From the NCBI GenBank assembly GCA_003971905.1, contig RSEE01000115.1, forward strand, positions 62,001 through 126,000: a DNA stretch of 64,000 nt, read 5' to 3'. The stretch comes from Moniliella sp. 'wahieum'. Lineage: Eukaryota. Shown here in pieces: positions 40,240 through 53,360 of this stretch (position 1 is the stretch's first letter; every line of letters starts with the position of its first letter). The notes below the pieces were generated by a model, which was given only the letters and a program-made list of their open reading frames with translations, did no database searches and was not told the DNA's origin. The position numbers and the translations under genes were made by a program.

Positions 40240-40637
40240 CTTCGCCAGCCACCGTCCCTGCGCCATGATTCGGGCGCGCGCCCGTCTGTCTGAAAGGGTA
40301 CGAACGCATTTACGTCCGCCCCAGGCGTGCTCCTATAGTCCTTGCAGATGGAGGGGTAGTGCAAGCCGATGGCATTGGCACTGTTTCTTTCTATATGCAT
40401 ACCTGCACCGCCCCTCCCCTGTATGTTCAACTCTCCGACTCTTTCTATTGTTCTTCTTTTACCTACAACTTGGTCGGTGCGTACCAGCTCTCGATGGCCG
40501 GCATCGAGAGTTTGGCGGCAGCATGGGACCAAGGCATCTACCTTTACGGAACGGGTGCATTCCCCGCTTTTTGTTACGGACGCTACCTACAAAGTATTGA
40601 TCGAATCACGTCTTCCTTCCGCCTCCCCTTCCCATAG
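40240..40637 (+). pseudogene. Degenerate copia protease / Pol beta-barrel remnant
   Basis: Out-of-frame DSGA near 40267, followed by ADGIGTVSF..LSDSFYCSSFTYNLVGAYQLSMAGI (copia G.GTV..L.DV.Y...F..NL.S..QL...G pattern). No integrase, RT or RNase H follows. Confidence 0.6.
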
Positions 40638-42402
40638 TGCCCATTTCATTTAGAGATAAGTAGATCCATTCCCTGGCGACGTGGAACTTGTCGGGCCTAA
40701 GAATGCGGTAGATCCTCAGTTCCGGCGGCTGTGAAACCGAGTGTACTTGTTTTCCGTATCTAGGTTGATGCTGATGGCGTGCAGCGGCACGAGAGTGCCT
40801 TGGCGGGGGAGAGTGATGAGTGATGAGTTCATCAATCATCGGTGTATGTCTGAGGGGGTGCGTCGGTACTGAGACTCAGTAGAAGGAAAGCGCGTTCCTT
40901 TGCGCTTTGCCAAGCTGCTAGCTTCAAGCCTGGCAAGTTAGTCACATGTGTCGCGTCAGCGTCACGTCCCCGCTCAAGTGAGTTGAACACGTGGAACGTT
41001 GAACGTTGAGTACGTTGGACGTTGACGTGGAACGTTGACTAAACCTGTTGGCCAGCTGAATGCTGGCAGGGACAGTGACTAGTGACTTGGCAACTGAGCG
41101 ATGGCGGCCTCTTGTCTCTTGTGTTGTGATCCTGGGGGTGATGAATGATAATGGGCTTGGATATGGAGACGAGCGATGTGATACACATGGAGACATGGGG
41201 TGGAGGGGTGGAGAGATGAGGCGATGAGGGGAGAGGATCGACAGGAGGGTCCAGGCGGGGTGGGTAAACGTTAAACGTGGTAAACAAGCAGATCTGTAAA
41301 TGTGGAAACGACGAGGTGGAGGCCATGCTGGTTTGGATACTGCCAAGCCGTGTGGGTGCATGCGGTGGAAGCGGGTGTGGCTGTGTGGCTCCGAGCGCCA
41401 TGGAGAGCTGGACTGGGCAACACGCATCGAATAGCGATCGCCATGCACTATGCATCGGCGCATCAGCAGCCATTAATCATTCGCCATTAAGCTTTGCGTG
41501 CAGCAGAGCCGCCTGGCGCTGCGAGTCGCTTCCCCTCGCATCGCTCTTGGCGGGCAGGCCGGCCCAGCTCGGCGGCAATTTCGAACGCAAAAACACAGTG
41601 TGCTGGCGGTGTGCGCGCTGGTGCCAGTCGCCCAGGGCCAAGACCTGCCTGCTGGAGCGGCGCCGACGATCGGTGATGGGTGATCGGATCGATGAGGGGG
41701 CTTGGCAGTGCCATCCATGGCATGGTGGCGTGCCCGCGGCCACTCGCGCCGCGCCTGCCCAGCCCGCCGCCCCATGCAGCCCACGGCAGACCATCGCGCC
41801 GCTCCAGGCCGCGCCCAGCTCGCATCCCAGGCCACCGCGGCGCCGCGCCGCACCCGTGCCACGCCATGGCGCGGCGCAGCGTCAGTGTCGCCTGCGGGCT
41901 GTCGCGTGGCACCCGCCAGGCACGGCTGGGCGGCTGCCCCTTGGCTCCCCTTGCGGCTGCCCCCTGCAGGCTGGGGCGTTATCGATGGGCGATTGGCGAT
42001 AAATTATCGGACGCAGCGCATTTGCACCGCCCGTGGCTGCTGTGTGGTGCGGCCTCAGCTGCGCACGCACCAGCCCACTGTGCGCGCGGTGCTGAGTACG
42101 GGCGTACAGAGTGGTTGAATCTTGCATGCTCAGTTGGCCGGCGATTGAACATTGCAGTGTGCGCCCGAATGCTTGGCAGCAGCCCACTCACTGCCACGCC
42201 CGTCGCCGCCACCCATCGCCAGCGCCACAACCAGCCCATCTCGCCCCCACCCGCCCCCACCCCTCTGCCCCCCGCACGCCATCTCGCCCCCACCGCTCTC
42301 GCCCCGCAGCCCATCTGACACCGCACCAGCCTCTGCGCCTCCCGCGTCCCATCCCTCCCACCACCCACCTCCTCCGCCCCCCTCTCCCCCCCCCCCCCCC
42401 CC

Positions 42403-44780
42403 ATGTCCGCCGCCCCCGCCCCACCGGTGCCCCCGCGCACCCGCCCCTCGACCCCGTCCCCCGTCCTCCTCCCACTCCTCCCTCCTCGCCCACGCCGCCG
42501 ACCCCCATGACCACGACATCCATCTCCGCGGCCGCCTCTCCGACCTGTTTGCACGCGCCCCGACCTGTGCCGCTCCCTCGGCATTGCTCCTCCTGTTGAC
42601 TTCCCCTCCCAGGGCGCCGGCGTCGACAGCGAGTTCTGCATTGCCTCCCCCATCTGGAGCAAGCAGCCGTTCAAGGTGCTCTACTTTGTCTACTTTGGTG
42701 TGTCCCTCGGCATGATCCAGATCCCCTGGTGGTGCCTCAGCTCCCTCCCCCGCTCTGGCCGCGGCCACCGCACCTGGTCCTGGCGCCGCGCCTTGCTCGT
42801 CAAGATTTACCAGAACGGAAGCAGCATGACCTTCCGCACCCACTTCAACCTCGGTCGCGACCTCACCCGCGCCGTGCCCCACTCCGCCACCAAGTACGGC
42901 AAGTTTGCCTGGCTCAATCAGCTCCCGCTCTCCCAGGCGCCTGGCGAGATTAGTCGGTGCTTTGCGCTGCAGGGCCTGCAATGGTCCGACAAGGTGCCTG
43001 GCTTTTGGTTTGGCGACCACCGCTGTACCGGCGGCTCGTCCAGGCTTCCGCAGCAAGGTCATCCGTACCATCCAGCGCACCTCCACGCTCGGTTCCCGCC
43101 CAGCACCAGAAGAGTTGCAGGAGCACAGTCTCCGTCCCGAGCAGCAAGGGTGTGTGGGCATGTTTGCGCGCGCCGGGCCAGACGAACCTGTGCTGCTGCA
43201 CTTTCACGGTGGCGCCTACTGGATCGGCACCTCGCACGAACAAGACTTTACCAGCAGTGTCACCCACGAAGCACTCGCTGCTCTCCACCGTCTCTATGCA
43301 CAGCAAGATGCCGCGCCAGCGGGCGAGGCTAAAGGTCGTCCGGAGCGCCAACGCGTTCACCGTACATTTAGCGTCGACTATCGTCTGTGCATGCCCAATC
43401 GTCCCCACTTGGGATCTTGGCCTGCACCACTGCTCGATGGCGTCTCGAGTTACCTCTACCTCGTCCGCGACATGGGATTCAAACCCAAGAACATCACCGT
43501 CGTCGGCGACTCGGCCGGAGGTAACCTCGCCCTCGCCTTGTGCCGGTACCTGCGGGATGAGAAGTTGGAAGAAGTCCCGGGACGGTACGTATCCCCCCCC
43601 CCCCCCCACACAAAACACGTACACTCACGTTGAGCGTCTGTTACTGACGTCTGCTGGGCTGGATTTAGTCTGCTTCTTTTAGCGCCGTGGGCCGACGTGT
43701 CGCGCTCGCATTCGGGGCCGTGAATGCGCCCAACCCGCAATCGAGTGTGCATCTGAACCGGAAATCGGACATTATCCATCCGTCGAAAGAGTACCGCAAC
43801 ACGGCCGTGTCAACGCGTTGGGCAACTTGCCTGCCAGCGAAGCCTACACCAACCCTTATCTCTCCCCTGCGTCGTACAGTTGCCGCGGGACAAGGGCGGC
43901 ATGGGCCCGCACTATGGCTTTGAAGGTTTCCCAGCCAAAGTCTTCATTACTACAGGTACAGCCGAAGTGTCCTACGACCAACACGTAACACTTGCCACCG
44001 CATGGCCATGGGTACCACACACCACCGCCCGCTCTACCTCGGCGACAAGTGCAGTCAACGTCTCGACCCGGTCCAGCTCGCCGAACGACCTTCGTACCCC
44101 CGCTCCCTTAGGTCTACCTTGGACTTGGCTTCGATGGCTGCGAGTCAGACCAGTCTCGGCTGGCCCGGTATGCCAGCTACCACCCCGCCCACACCAGGGT
44201 GGGACTTGGACCTGTCCAGGTCCATGTCCCCAATGGAGTATGTGGACGATAAGTTGCACCCACCTGTGCGGGGCGAACGTATGGACCGTATAGGCCGTAT
44301 GGACCGTGTGGACCTTACCTCCTCCACTGACTCGCTCACGGCCCCTTTGCCCGATCACCTGTACCCCTCACACCGTCCGTGTCGCCCGGTACGGAGCCCG
44401 GGACAGAAACGGGGACCGAGGCAGGCACAGACCTCGGGACGGAACCGGGTGACGCACTCCCACCCCCCATGTACCTCCGCACCACCACATTTCCCATGGC
44501 CATGCCATGGCGCATGCACATGCCCATGCTCGCCTGCCCGCGCACATCCCTCGAAGATCGCTCGGTCGTCTTTCATGAAGCCGTCGGCGCGTGCACGAGT
44601 ACTTGCTCTTCGATTGGTTCGAGCCAGAACGGTCTCGTACCTGGGACGAGATTGCTCGGTGGATCGATGCGTGAGCCGATGGGAGGTGAAAGCCGGTGCC
44701 AACCCTCACCCTCACCCTCACCCACACCCACACGCAGACTCCTGGCCCCTTACAGACAACAAGGGAGTAAGAGCGTAACG
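42403..44780 (+). CDS. Alpha/beta hydrolase (HSL/Abhydrolase_3 family esterase-lipase)
   Basis: LLHFHGGAY oxyanion motif, SVDYRL, WPAPLLDGVSSYLYL, nucleophile GDSAGGNLAL, intron about 43585-43682, then APWAD and FITTGTAEV. Ends are approximate. Confidence 0.85.
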
Positions 44781-46343
44781 CGTAACGCGTCACGTGTGGT
44801 GTGACTTTTTCCCCTCATTTCCCCTCCTACCCTCCTACCCTGCCCTCCTACCCTCGTGCTCTCGTGGCCTGCTTCGCTGCTACGCTGCTACGCTGCTTCC
44901 CTCCCTACGGACTCTTCCACTTCCACGTTCTTGCCTTTTTTGTATTTGCTTTGTTCGGCAGCGTACGTTTTCTTTCATTCGCTTTTGCTCTCGCTCTCGC
45001 TCTCGCTTTTTGCTCTCGCAGCTTCTGTCTTTTCGTCCCGGTTCGGTTCGGTTCGGGTTGAACCGTTACGGTTCGATTCGGCTCGATTCGGTTCGGTTCG
45101 GTTCGCATGCGCTACACGCCCCCCCCCCCCTTCCTTTACACCGACCTGATGTTGATGGCTTTTCTTGCCCCTGAGGGCGCCTGATGGCTTTTTCCTGCTC
45201 GTGAGGGCGTTCCCTGAGGGCGTTCCTCGCACATTGGGAGGCGGGCGGGGGGGGGGGGTGGTTAGAACCTACCTCTCGCCCTCACTCCATCGCCTCGTTT
45301 ATTCTCTGAATAATTCTCCCCTCCCAACGTACATATACATTTGGTCCATTTGGTTCACCCGGCTCCCCCTAATCCCCCCCCCCCCCCCCCCTGGGATTTC
45401 CAGAGTCGATACGTGCCCCCCGCCCACCCCCCACATTTCATTCCATTCGGTTCTGGTCCATTCCTTGCCATTTCTTGTTCAATATTCACATTCGCTCATC
45501 CTATCCGTTCCTGTTTTCTCCCTCTGTTAAACGCTAAACGCTAAACGCTAAACGCTAAACGGGAAGCTGGAAGCTTGAAACGTTTTGCCTTCCTCCGAAC
45601 GCGAAACTGCGTACTGCGTACTTGGTACGTGGTACATTTTGGTACCCGGATCGAACCGGTTCCACCTGGTATTACTATACTACACCGTGACTGACGTGAC
45701 GTGACGTGACCGTCGTAGTCTCCGGCTGAGGTTTGTTGGATCTAGATCGTTGAAGGTACAGTGTTGGCCATCATGAATCATTAATCGGTAGTCACTGATG
45801 TTGAATCCATGGTGTGCTCAAGCGAATCTATTTCGCCCTCGTAAGCTGAGGCCTGAGGCTCCCCTCAGTAGCTCACTATAGCTCGAAATAGGCACTAGTC
45901 ACGGTCCTTCCCATGCAGTGACTTGTGACATGTGACTAGTGACGTTGCGCAAACACTTGCACGTTCGCATAGGGTTCCTTCTTCCCACTGAAGATGCATA
46001 TTACGACCTTGCTCCCCCCCACTCGAAGAAACCATGATTCCCATCTTGCATCAGCATCATTATGAACCTTGGTCGGTTCCTTCTCCACTCGAAGGTGGTG
46101 TAGTATGGCGGAGTCGGACTTACTCCTAAAAGGCCTAAGATCTAGAAGCGAAGGGCAAGAGCTGTCTCAAGTAACTAGTAACTAGTAACTAGTAACCACA
46201 ACTTGCGACTCCGGAGGTAAAGCTTAAAGAGAGAAAGCTTAACGAGAAAGGAGAGTTGTGAGAAGGTAAGGTAAGGAGAGGATCTAGCCTTCCACTGGCT
46301 GAGGCCTGAGGGGCAGAGAACATATAAGGAAGGGTCGGATAAG

Positions 46344-49300
46344 ATCTTAGACGCAGTAGTATGAAATAGGTGTGTCATGCATGGCATGTGTCCGATGTGC
46401 TGTGGCACCGAGACAGTAGAAGGGGAGCTTATGATGTTGAGCCACCAGGTGGCTCATGCTTTGGCCAAAACGTCCCTTCAGTTCCTCCTCGGACCTACTA
46501 GGAGTTCCGATGTCTTCTCTCCTGCATGAGATCGAGACCTGTATTTTTCCTTGTTTCGCAACTTTTAGCCCCTGGTCCGACTCGCTGCTTGATGTTTACG
46601 TTCCTCTGTAGCATGTAGACGTTGCTGGTTGGCTTAGACCACCGCTACTGTGGACCACAGTGCTGCCACCATCTTGTCCTTGCCGCATGCCGAGTCCTCT
46701 GCCGTTCGAAATTGTCTTCCAGGTCGCCACCACCGGGGTGCTCGACCCGCGCGACCTGGTCCACATGTCGCGGTGCAGCAAAGGTACGTCTGTCTCCCTT
46801 GACAAGAAGGACTTGAAACCCGTGCCCTGGTTCCGTTTCTGACCATGCTGGGGAGGACAGCGTGGCACGCCACCTTGGACGGGAGGTAATGTGGCATCGA
46901 CTTGCGGTAAAGTGGCTCCATCTCCCTTCATTCCGAATGGAGCTGTCGGATGCCGCTGTGCATGTTGGATTCGATACGCCCATTCCCCGCACATGGAAGG
47001 GCTAGTGGTCGCAGCCGAGTTGCTGGAGGAAGAATTTGGTTGGACGCTGACTGGTCGTCCGATTTGGCGGACAAGCCCCGAGCAAGATGGTTCTGCTTCT
47101 GCTTCTTCTGCTTCTGCTTCTGCTTCTGCTTACCATAGGGCAGCCGAGCTGCTGGATGATGAATTTTTTCGGGCGCTGACTGGTCGTCCGATTTCGCGTA
47201 CAACCCCCGAGCAAGTGCTTCTGCTTCTGCTTCTGCTTCTACTTCTGCTTCTGCTTCAACTTCTGCTTCCCATGGGGTAGCCGACACGGAGGCGATGCTT
47301 GTAACTGAAGAGACAGTCAAGCAACTGCCAAAGGTTGACCCGCTTTCTTTGCCCTGTACCCAATTCGGTGCGATGCTGGCGTGCATTAAAATGACAGAAT
47401 CTTACCAAGGCGATCGTATGAATCCCGATCGTATGAATCCCAGATTAGAGGATCGAATTTGTCCAACTGGGGATGAGGGGAGGAGGAGGCCATCTCTCAG
47501 TACCGGCCCAAACAGCCCGACGTCCACTTATGCGGAGAAGCATGGCCACGAAAAGGATTGTTTGTCGGGCGCTGGGCATCAGGTTCGTCCCTTTTCCTCC
47601 CTTGATGCATATGCACATATGTATACGACTCTGACGATCCACGATCCCGGTCACACCAGATTCGAATTACCAGGGCGACCGATGGCTTGTGTATACATTG
47701 CATCAATGTCAAGAGAATCCTTAAGCCCTCAAATGGCCGTATCGATGACACTGCCTATCGCACAGTGGCCGTACCTATTGCGCAGGGTTCATTTGTGTAC
47801 TGCCGAGAAACATGGGAACATGCGTACATCCTGTGCGTATAGGGGTTGCCTCAACTGGTGTGGGATATGATTGTACTGACGCTCCCCCTTTCCTTGCAGC
47901 CATTTACCGTTGGATCCTCTGCCCCACCAAGACAACTTGGCGAAGCTGCAGACGATCGACTGGGATACAGCTACGGTTGGAGAACCGCTTGAACTCAATA
48001 TCCCCAACAGCACGTGTCCCAATTCGTTCTACGTCGATGGACCATGGATTTATCTATGGACGTGCGAATATTCCAATTGCCAAGACGTGTGGCAGGTGCA
48101 CAACCGATTCTCCGGCCCTAAGTGTCTCTACTCGCTCGAGGATCTTTTGGCTCTGCAGAGCGGCAGTAACCCCAACGTGCCTGTCACCCACTTCTGGCTG
48201 GATGGAACCTTCTTGCCCGAGAGCACTACTCATCTTGCGCACTATGAGCCCGATCAAGAGCAACCGCACGATCTCTTCTTTATCTCCTTTACGGCCTGCC
48301 CAGACTCGGAAAGCTGGCTTTTCTCTTGGGCGAGAAGACCAGGGAGTCGGAGGAGGGCTTAGACCCATGCCGGACTCGTCTGGTCGTCGTGAAGAATTTC
48401 AAAGGGCTTTTTGCTTCGCATCAGCCGACGGCATCCCCCTGGGTTTTCACCGTGGACATGGAATATCTCATCGAGTCAGGCCACCACTACTACCACCGTG
48501 AGTATGTGACCAATGATCCTAATCGGACGCTGTGCAGATTTGTGGCACCGGTTCGGCACCCTGCCTTGGCCGATGGTCGAGCCTTCCTTCCCTCGATCGC
48601 CTCTTCCTGGAGATACGCCGTGGATAAAGCGGAGCACGTGAGGTACACACCAATCACTCGGTTCATGGTGAATCATGCTCATATGATTAAAGTCGGGTGT
48701 CTTCAGATCAATCTGCTGGACTGGAAGCACGCTCGCTCCGCGTCCAACGTACGCGTCTTAGCTTCTTTGCCTCTCCGTCCCATCCGCATCGACAGCGACG
48801 GCCCAGCCCGGTTGGTGGGAAAGGACCTTCGCGTGCCTGGTCCATTAAATTCCCCAACCAGTAAGATCAACATCTGCCCGGCGTCCTTGCGATGGGCAAA
48901 TCGCTCTTATCCAACACGGGGCTGCTGGTCCTCCATTCCCAATGGGACAACTTGCTCCTCAGTGTTACTAATACAAACCTTCCCTTCTCGTATGTCCCTT
49001 CTGGCTTTTCCGACCCGACAGTGACCGTTGATGAGTACGCCGAGGACCTGGGTGAGGACTGGGAAACCCAGTTATCCATGGCCTTCGTGTGGGATTGGGG
49101 CCGACGCGCGCGCGATTGGTTGAAGGACCACTGAGGGTCGTCGCATCAGCTGTCGTATGGACGGGCTGGAGGGGCGACATACCAAAATCGATGATTATTG
49201 TAGAAACGTGGAGGCTGTCCAACAGGGACTAAGAACTGGTAGGCGTTGCGCTCTTCTCTCCGAACGTGTAGAGCTCTGGATTTCACAGAAGAGAGTACTC

Positions 49301-49421
49301 CTGCGAAAGTCACCATGGTACTGGCGAAGACAGAAGACTAGTAAGCTCGGCTGGTACTGTGCACGCGAACTGCTAGTGCGATTGCATCACCCTCGAGGGC
49401 CATCCGTCCTCCAGGTGTAAC
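46344..49421 (+). repeat. Segmental duplication unit, homologous to 53829-57281
   Basis: Near-identical from GATCT.AGACGCAGTAGTATG to CCAGGTGTAAC. This copy lacks about 530 bp of the upstream region and carries an internal ~130 bp duplication. Confidence 0.92.
46687..49134 (+). CDS. F-box protein, copy A (multi-exon, indels)
   Basis: Splicing intron 46784-46860 gives MPSPLPFEIVFQVATTGVLDPRDLVHMSRCSKAWHATLDG..MWHRL, a canonical F-box pattern. Further introns at about 47583-47659 and 47857-47899; ends WLKDH*. Confidence 0.75.
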
Positions 49422-50189
49422 ATGTAACAAGGAGGACCACCACCGGGCCTACGGCCCGGTCAGCTGGGGCTTCGCCCCAGCTTTGCTGCGTCGCCACCTT
49501 AGCCACCGTTCCCCTTCGCCACCGTAGCTACCGTTCCACCGTCGCCAACACCGACATAGAAATAATATCACCGATTCGTTCTGGTTGCAGGGGGCGTAGA
49601 AGGTGGCACGGGGCGGCTGATGTAAAAAGTGCACAGGGCGAATGGAGGAATAGACCACACACGCTGTGCGACACGGGATCGCTGGAGGCGCAGAGCGCGT
49701 TCCGGAGGGTGGTGCATGAGAGCACCGCAACCCCCTTGGAACGCCGGGAGAAGGAGCTGCTTCGGCTGCTTGAACAAGCAGAATGCGACAAGAACGCCAA
49801 GTACCGGGACGCACTCAAGAAAACCGTTTTCCCCCTGGTTTTGACAAGAGGATACTACGGCACCAAGACGGCGGGCAAGTTGTTTGCGCATTGGAAGGAG
49901 TTGGCTACTAACTCAGGAAATGGTTCCTCGCTCGGATGTCACCACCGCCGATAGCTAATCGAAGTTCGGCCCACAAACTCTATCGCCTTGCGGGCCTCGC
50001 CACGAGCTCGCCGATAGATTTGAGGGCACAATCTTGTCGCGGCCTCGCCAGGACTGCTAGCACAACCTGCTAAGACCAGATTGGTGGCAAGGTTGCCCAG
50101 CGAGGTTGTTGCCGATTGTGCCTCATAAAGCTCGTCGCAACCTTGCCCGCCATCTATTCGCGACCTTGGGAATAGCGGCCAGCCTCGAT

Positions 50190-51120
50190 CTATGTTAAAA
50201 AGGAAGGATTTGTCCAGGAATCGAACTTGTGGTTTCCCCAGTCGAAGTAGACATAGACCGTTGCGATAAAAGCACTAACTATGTGGATGCGATCAATTGA
50301 CCCAATATTCGTACGTCTGTTTTCACATACACGAAAGCCTGGAACATTTGTAGACTGTGATGGTGAAGAGTATACATCAATGCAGTGGGTAGTACAACTT
50401 ATCAAACACATTCGTAGCCCATCTGGAATCTTCTACACGTTCATTGCATGATTGTACTGCCCGCACAATGTCGTCCGCCGAGATGGTGACACTATCGCCC
50501 TCTACAGCCCAGTCCTGGGCAAAGGCCACAAGCAGCAAGTCGCGGATGTCATCGGTGTGGGGAGAGACAGAGTTGACAAAGTGGTTAAGCACGTAGCGCT
50601 GGACCGCCGACGTCCCAGCCAAGTTATTGTGCTGGACCCCATCGTAGGTCAAGCCAGTGGCTGCATCCGAAATGCTGTTGGGGACAACCCGGCACCTGGC
50701 CCTTGCGGAATTGTGCTGGACACGTTGAGTGGGCCAAAGATGGTTAATAGTCCGTCAACATAACCACACCTTTCTTGAACTCATCCAGCAGCTCACGAAC
50801 CTCGGAGACGAAATCGGAGAGTAGCCTCTTTCGCTTTTTGGCGTTGTTAATCGCCCCTGCCGAGTCCTCCAGGTCCTTGCGGTACTTGAATAGGAGGAAG
50901 GAGGCGTCCTTCATATACTTATCGTTCACTCCCGTCTGGCTCGCTCGGTCGTCTCGACACGACCGTCGTTCTGATGGACGACCACGTCGAGTTGGTGATC
51001 GACTTCGCGCCTAGCTTATTCGACGCTTGAACGTAGATTCCCTTCTGTCTTAATGTCTTCGCCAGTTAGTCAGTCGCCTTGATGCACACTCAACACAGTA
51101 CTAGAGCCTCGTATACGCAC
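50190..51120 (-). CDS. Hypothetical cargo gene or remnant inside the TIR element
   Basis: TATAAATA near 51155, intron GTGCGT..ACTAAC..CAG 51120-51045, and protein-like ORF pieces (..NNAKKRKRLLSDFVSEVRELLDEF..; ..RYVLNHFVNSV..). Confidence 0.3.
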
Positions 51121-52703
51121 CAAACAGTCAGTCAAGTTCTCCGCCAATGTATTTATACCCCATTCAATTGCCGTCCGCAGTCGCAAAAACGAGACAGCAC
51201 ACGTGAGCAGTCATGCCCATAACTGTTGAAGCCATCTCGTTGTTGGAGGCTACGTTTTGTCGCCCTTGATTATCCGCAGCACGGGCTGTACAAGGATCCA
51301 TCCCTCGGTAGTCGAATCACGGGCAGGGATGAGCTCCTTGTGATACTGTCCGTGTATATTCGAAAAAGCATTAGTATGCTGCCATTCCATACTGGAATCA
51401 CGGGGAGGCTTCACACTGCAAGCAACTTGGATTAAGTAGTGATACGCACTCAAGCTGTTTGACCAGCTGCTCATCGTACGACGGGAGAAGAGACTTTCCT
51501 GTTTCTGATGCAAACAAGAAAAGGTTCTTTGCCCATCTGGACCCGACCCGTGTCATGTGCATGTTGCCCAGAAGCAGGCTGTTAAGAGAGCTTGGCCGAG
51601 TGGACACATTGTTGCAAAACCATCGGCCCATCCCGCCAGCTGGAGACGGGCCATGTATCAGCCATGGGACTTGGATCGGAGGGGGTTGATACCCTTCTCC
51701 ACTTCCTCCCCGTCCCACGTCCTGTTGTGTCGTATAGCCAAGGATGCAAGTCGGTAAATCGGTCAAGAACTTCTCGTAGAGAAAAACAGCAGGAAGATTG
51801 ACTGATGGTATAGTCGTCGCAGAGGCGGGGCTTTTCGGTCATGTCCACCTGTAAAAGCTTAAAGGGTCGTGTCCTCTTGCCTGGGAACTTCAGCAATTTG
51901 GTCGTCTCTTCTCGTTCTGGGCCTGGTCGATCCTGATCCCATGTCACGAGTCGCTGTCGGCGTCGTGTTGCCACAAGACGGGAAAGATAGGCGCGGTAAT
52001 ACCGAGCACGTGAATAGGTTCTCCAATGTACATGTGAATAGCCAGATCGCGTGGATGCTTATTGATCATCGGCTGAGTCACTTGTGCCGATCAGATCCCA
52101 TCGTCCCTTGTGTGGCTCTTCACAATGAACCCGTCCCTGAGGACCTGGACCATCGCCTTGAGCGACCATGCTGCGCTTGGGATACTGTGACATCTTGGAG
52201 CGGATGGACGGGTTCGAGGACATGCATAAGCTGGAAATGCGGTCGACCGAAGGACACTACAGTGTGTACATCATATCGTCTCCTGATGTGACAAACTGCT
52301 CCGATGCACACGAGGCTGGTGCACCTTCTCGATTGCCTTAGTTTTATTGAGCGAGTAAAGAGACAATTTCCCTTCGCTCTTGTCCGCGACTTGTGCGAAT
52401 GCAGTTTTCTCTCGCAACGAGGCGGTTGGACTGGAGCATCGTGCTGTATATAGCTGCTGTCACGACTATCTCAAGTGCGTAGCTTAAAAAATCTATATAT
52501 ACTAAACGCCCAGGCTGCAGGTGTTGGGCGCCATGAGCTGGCGGTGGCGTGCGGGGGCAACACTGGCGCCATGCGGGTGGACCACCGGTGGTTGCGCCTA
52601 TAACCGCACGCAGCTGCGCCGATGCTCTTGCCTCTCGACTACCACCACCACCGCCACCGCCCCTCTCTCGCTGGCCACACACTGTGCTACCGGAGCTGGC
52701 GAC

Positions 52704-53360
52704 ATGTGTCCGGTTCGCTGCGCTGCCATTATATGCCCCCCCGCCGACGCGCTTGCTGTGCTAGCGCCTGGCCTCGGTATGTCCACGCCCTCCGGGCGGA
52801 TGCCTGTCGTACTGACTCGTCTGTGCGCAGATGACGGAACCGAGTCGAACACGCCTGGTGGCATGGTCTTGTCTGGTATCCTTCGCGTCATGATATCGGC
52901 CATGCCTCCCAACAGCGAGTTGAACATCAACGACAAGGGCACTTCGAGCGGACGGGCGACGGTGACGGCTGCCGCTGGGGCTCGACCGTCAGTACCTGTG
53001 TTTTGTCCTTGTCCACGCACTCGCTGATAACGCCTTTGAGCAGGATGACTAGATGACTGGAGATGAAGCTCAAGTGCTGCAACAACGAACACGGAACATG
53101 TGCAGGCTTGCGCACAGATCGTCCACCGTCGCCTGGCTCATCATTCTCTCTTTCTCGACCGCGATGACGCTTCCGCCCGTGCGACCTGGCCCTTGGATCT
53201 TGATTTTTGCCCTTCGGTCCCTTTTCATCTCGGTGGTCCCATGATATTTTCCCTTCGTGATTCAGCGATGAAGGCGATGTCTCTGGCTGCTGCCGGCCTG
53301 AGGATCCTATCACAACCTGCCGTTGCCTTGGCGCACCTCTCTACTCCTTTCCGTGTCTAA
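52704..53360 (+). CDS. Hypothetical intron-containing cargo gene inside the TIR element
   Basis: GTATGT..CTGAC..CAG intron 52777-52830 and a second intron-like segment at about 52988-53043. No family recognised. Confidence 0.25.

Noticed and set aside
45528..45560. (AAACGCT)n as a telomere-like or CRISPR-like array
   Set aside because: Only 4-5 contiguous units, no spacers, interstitial; a simple repeat.
46100..46350. Possible solo LTR (TGTAGT..) upstream of duplication unit A
   Set aside because: No second copy, clear CA end or TSD in the window; cannot be supported.
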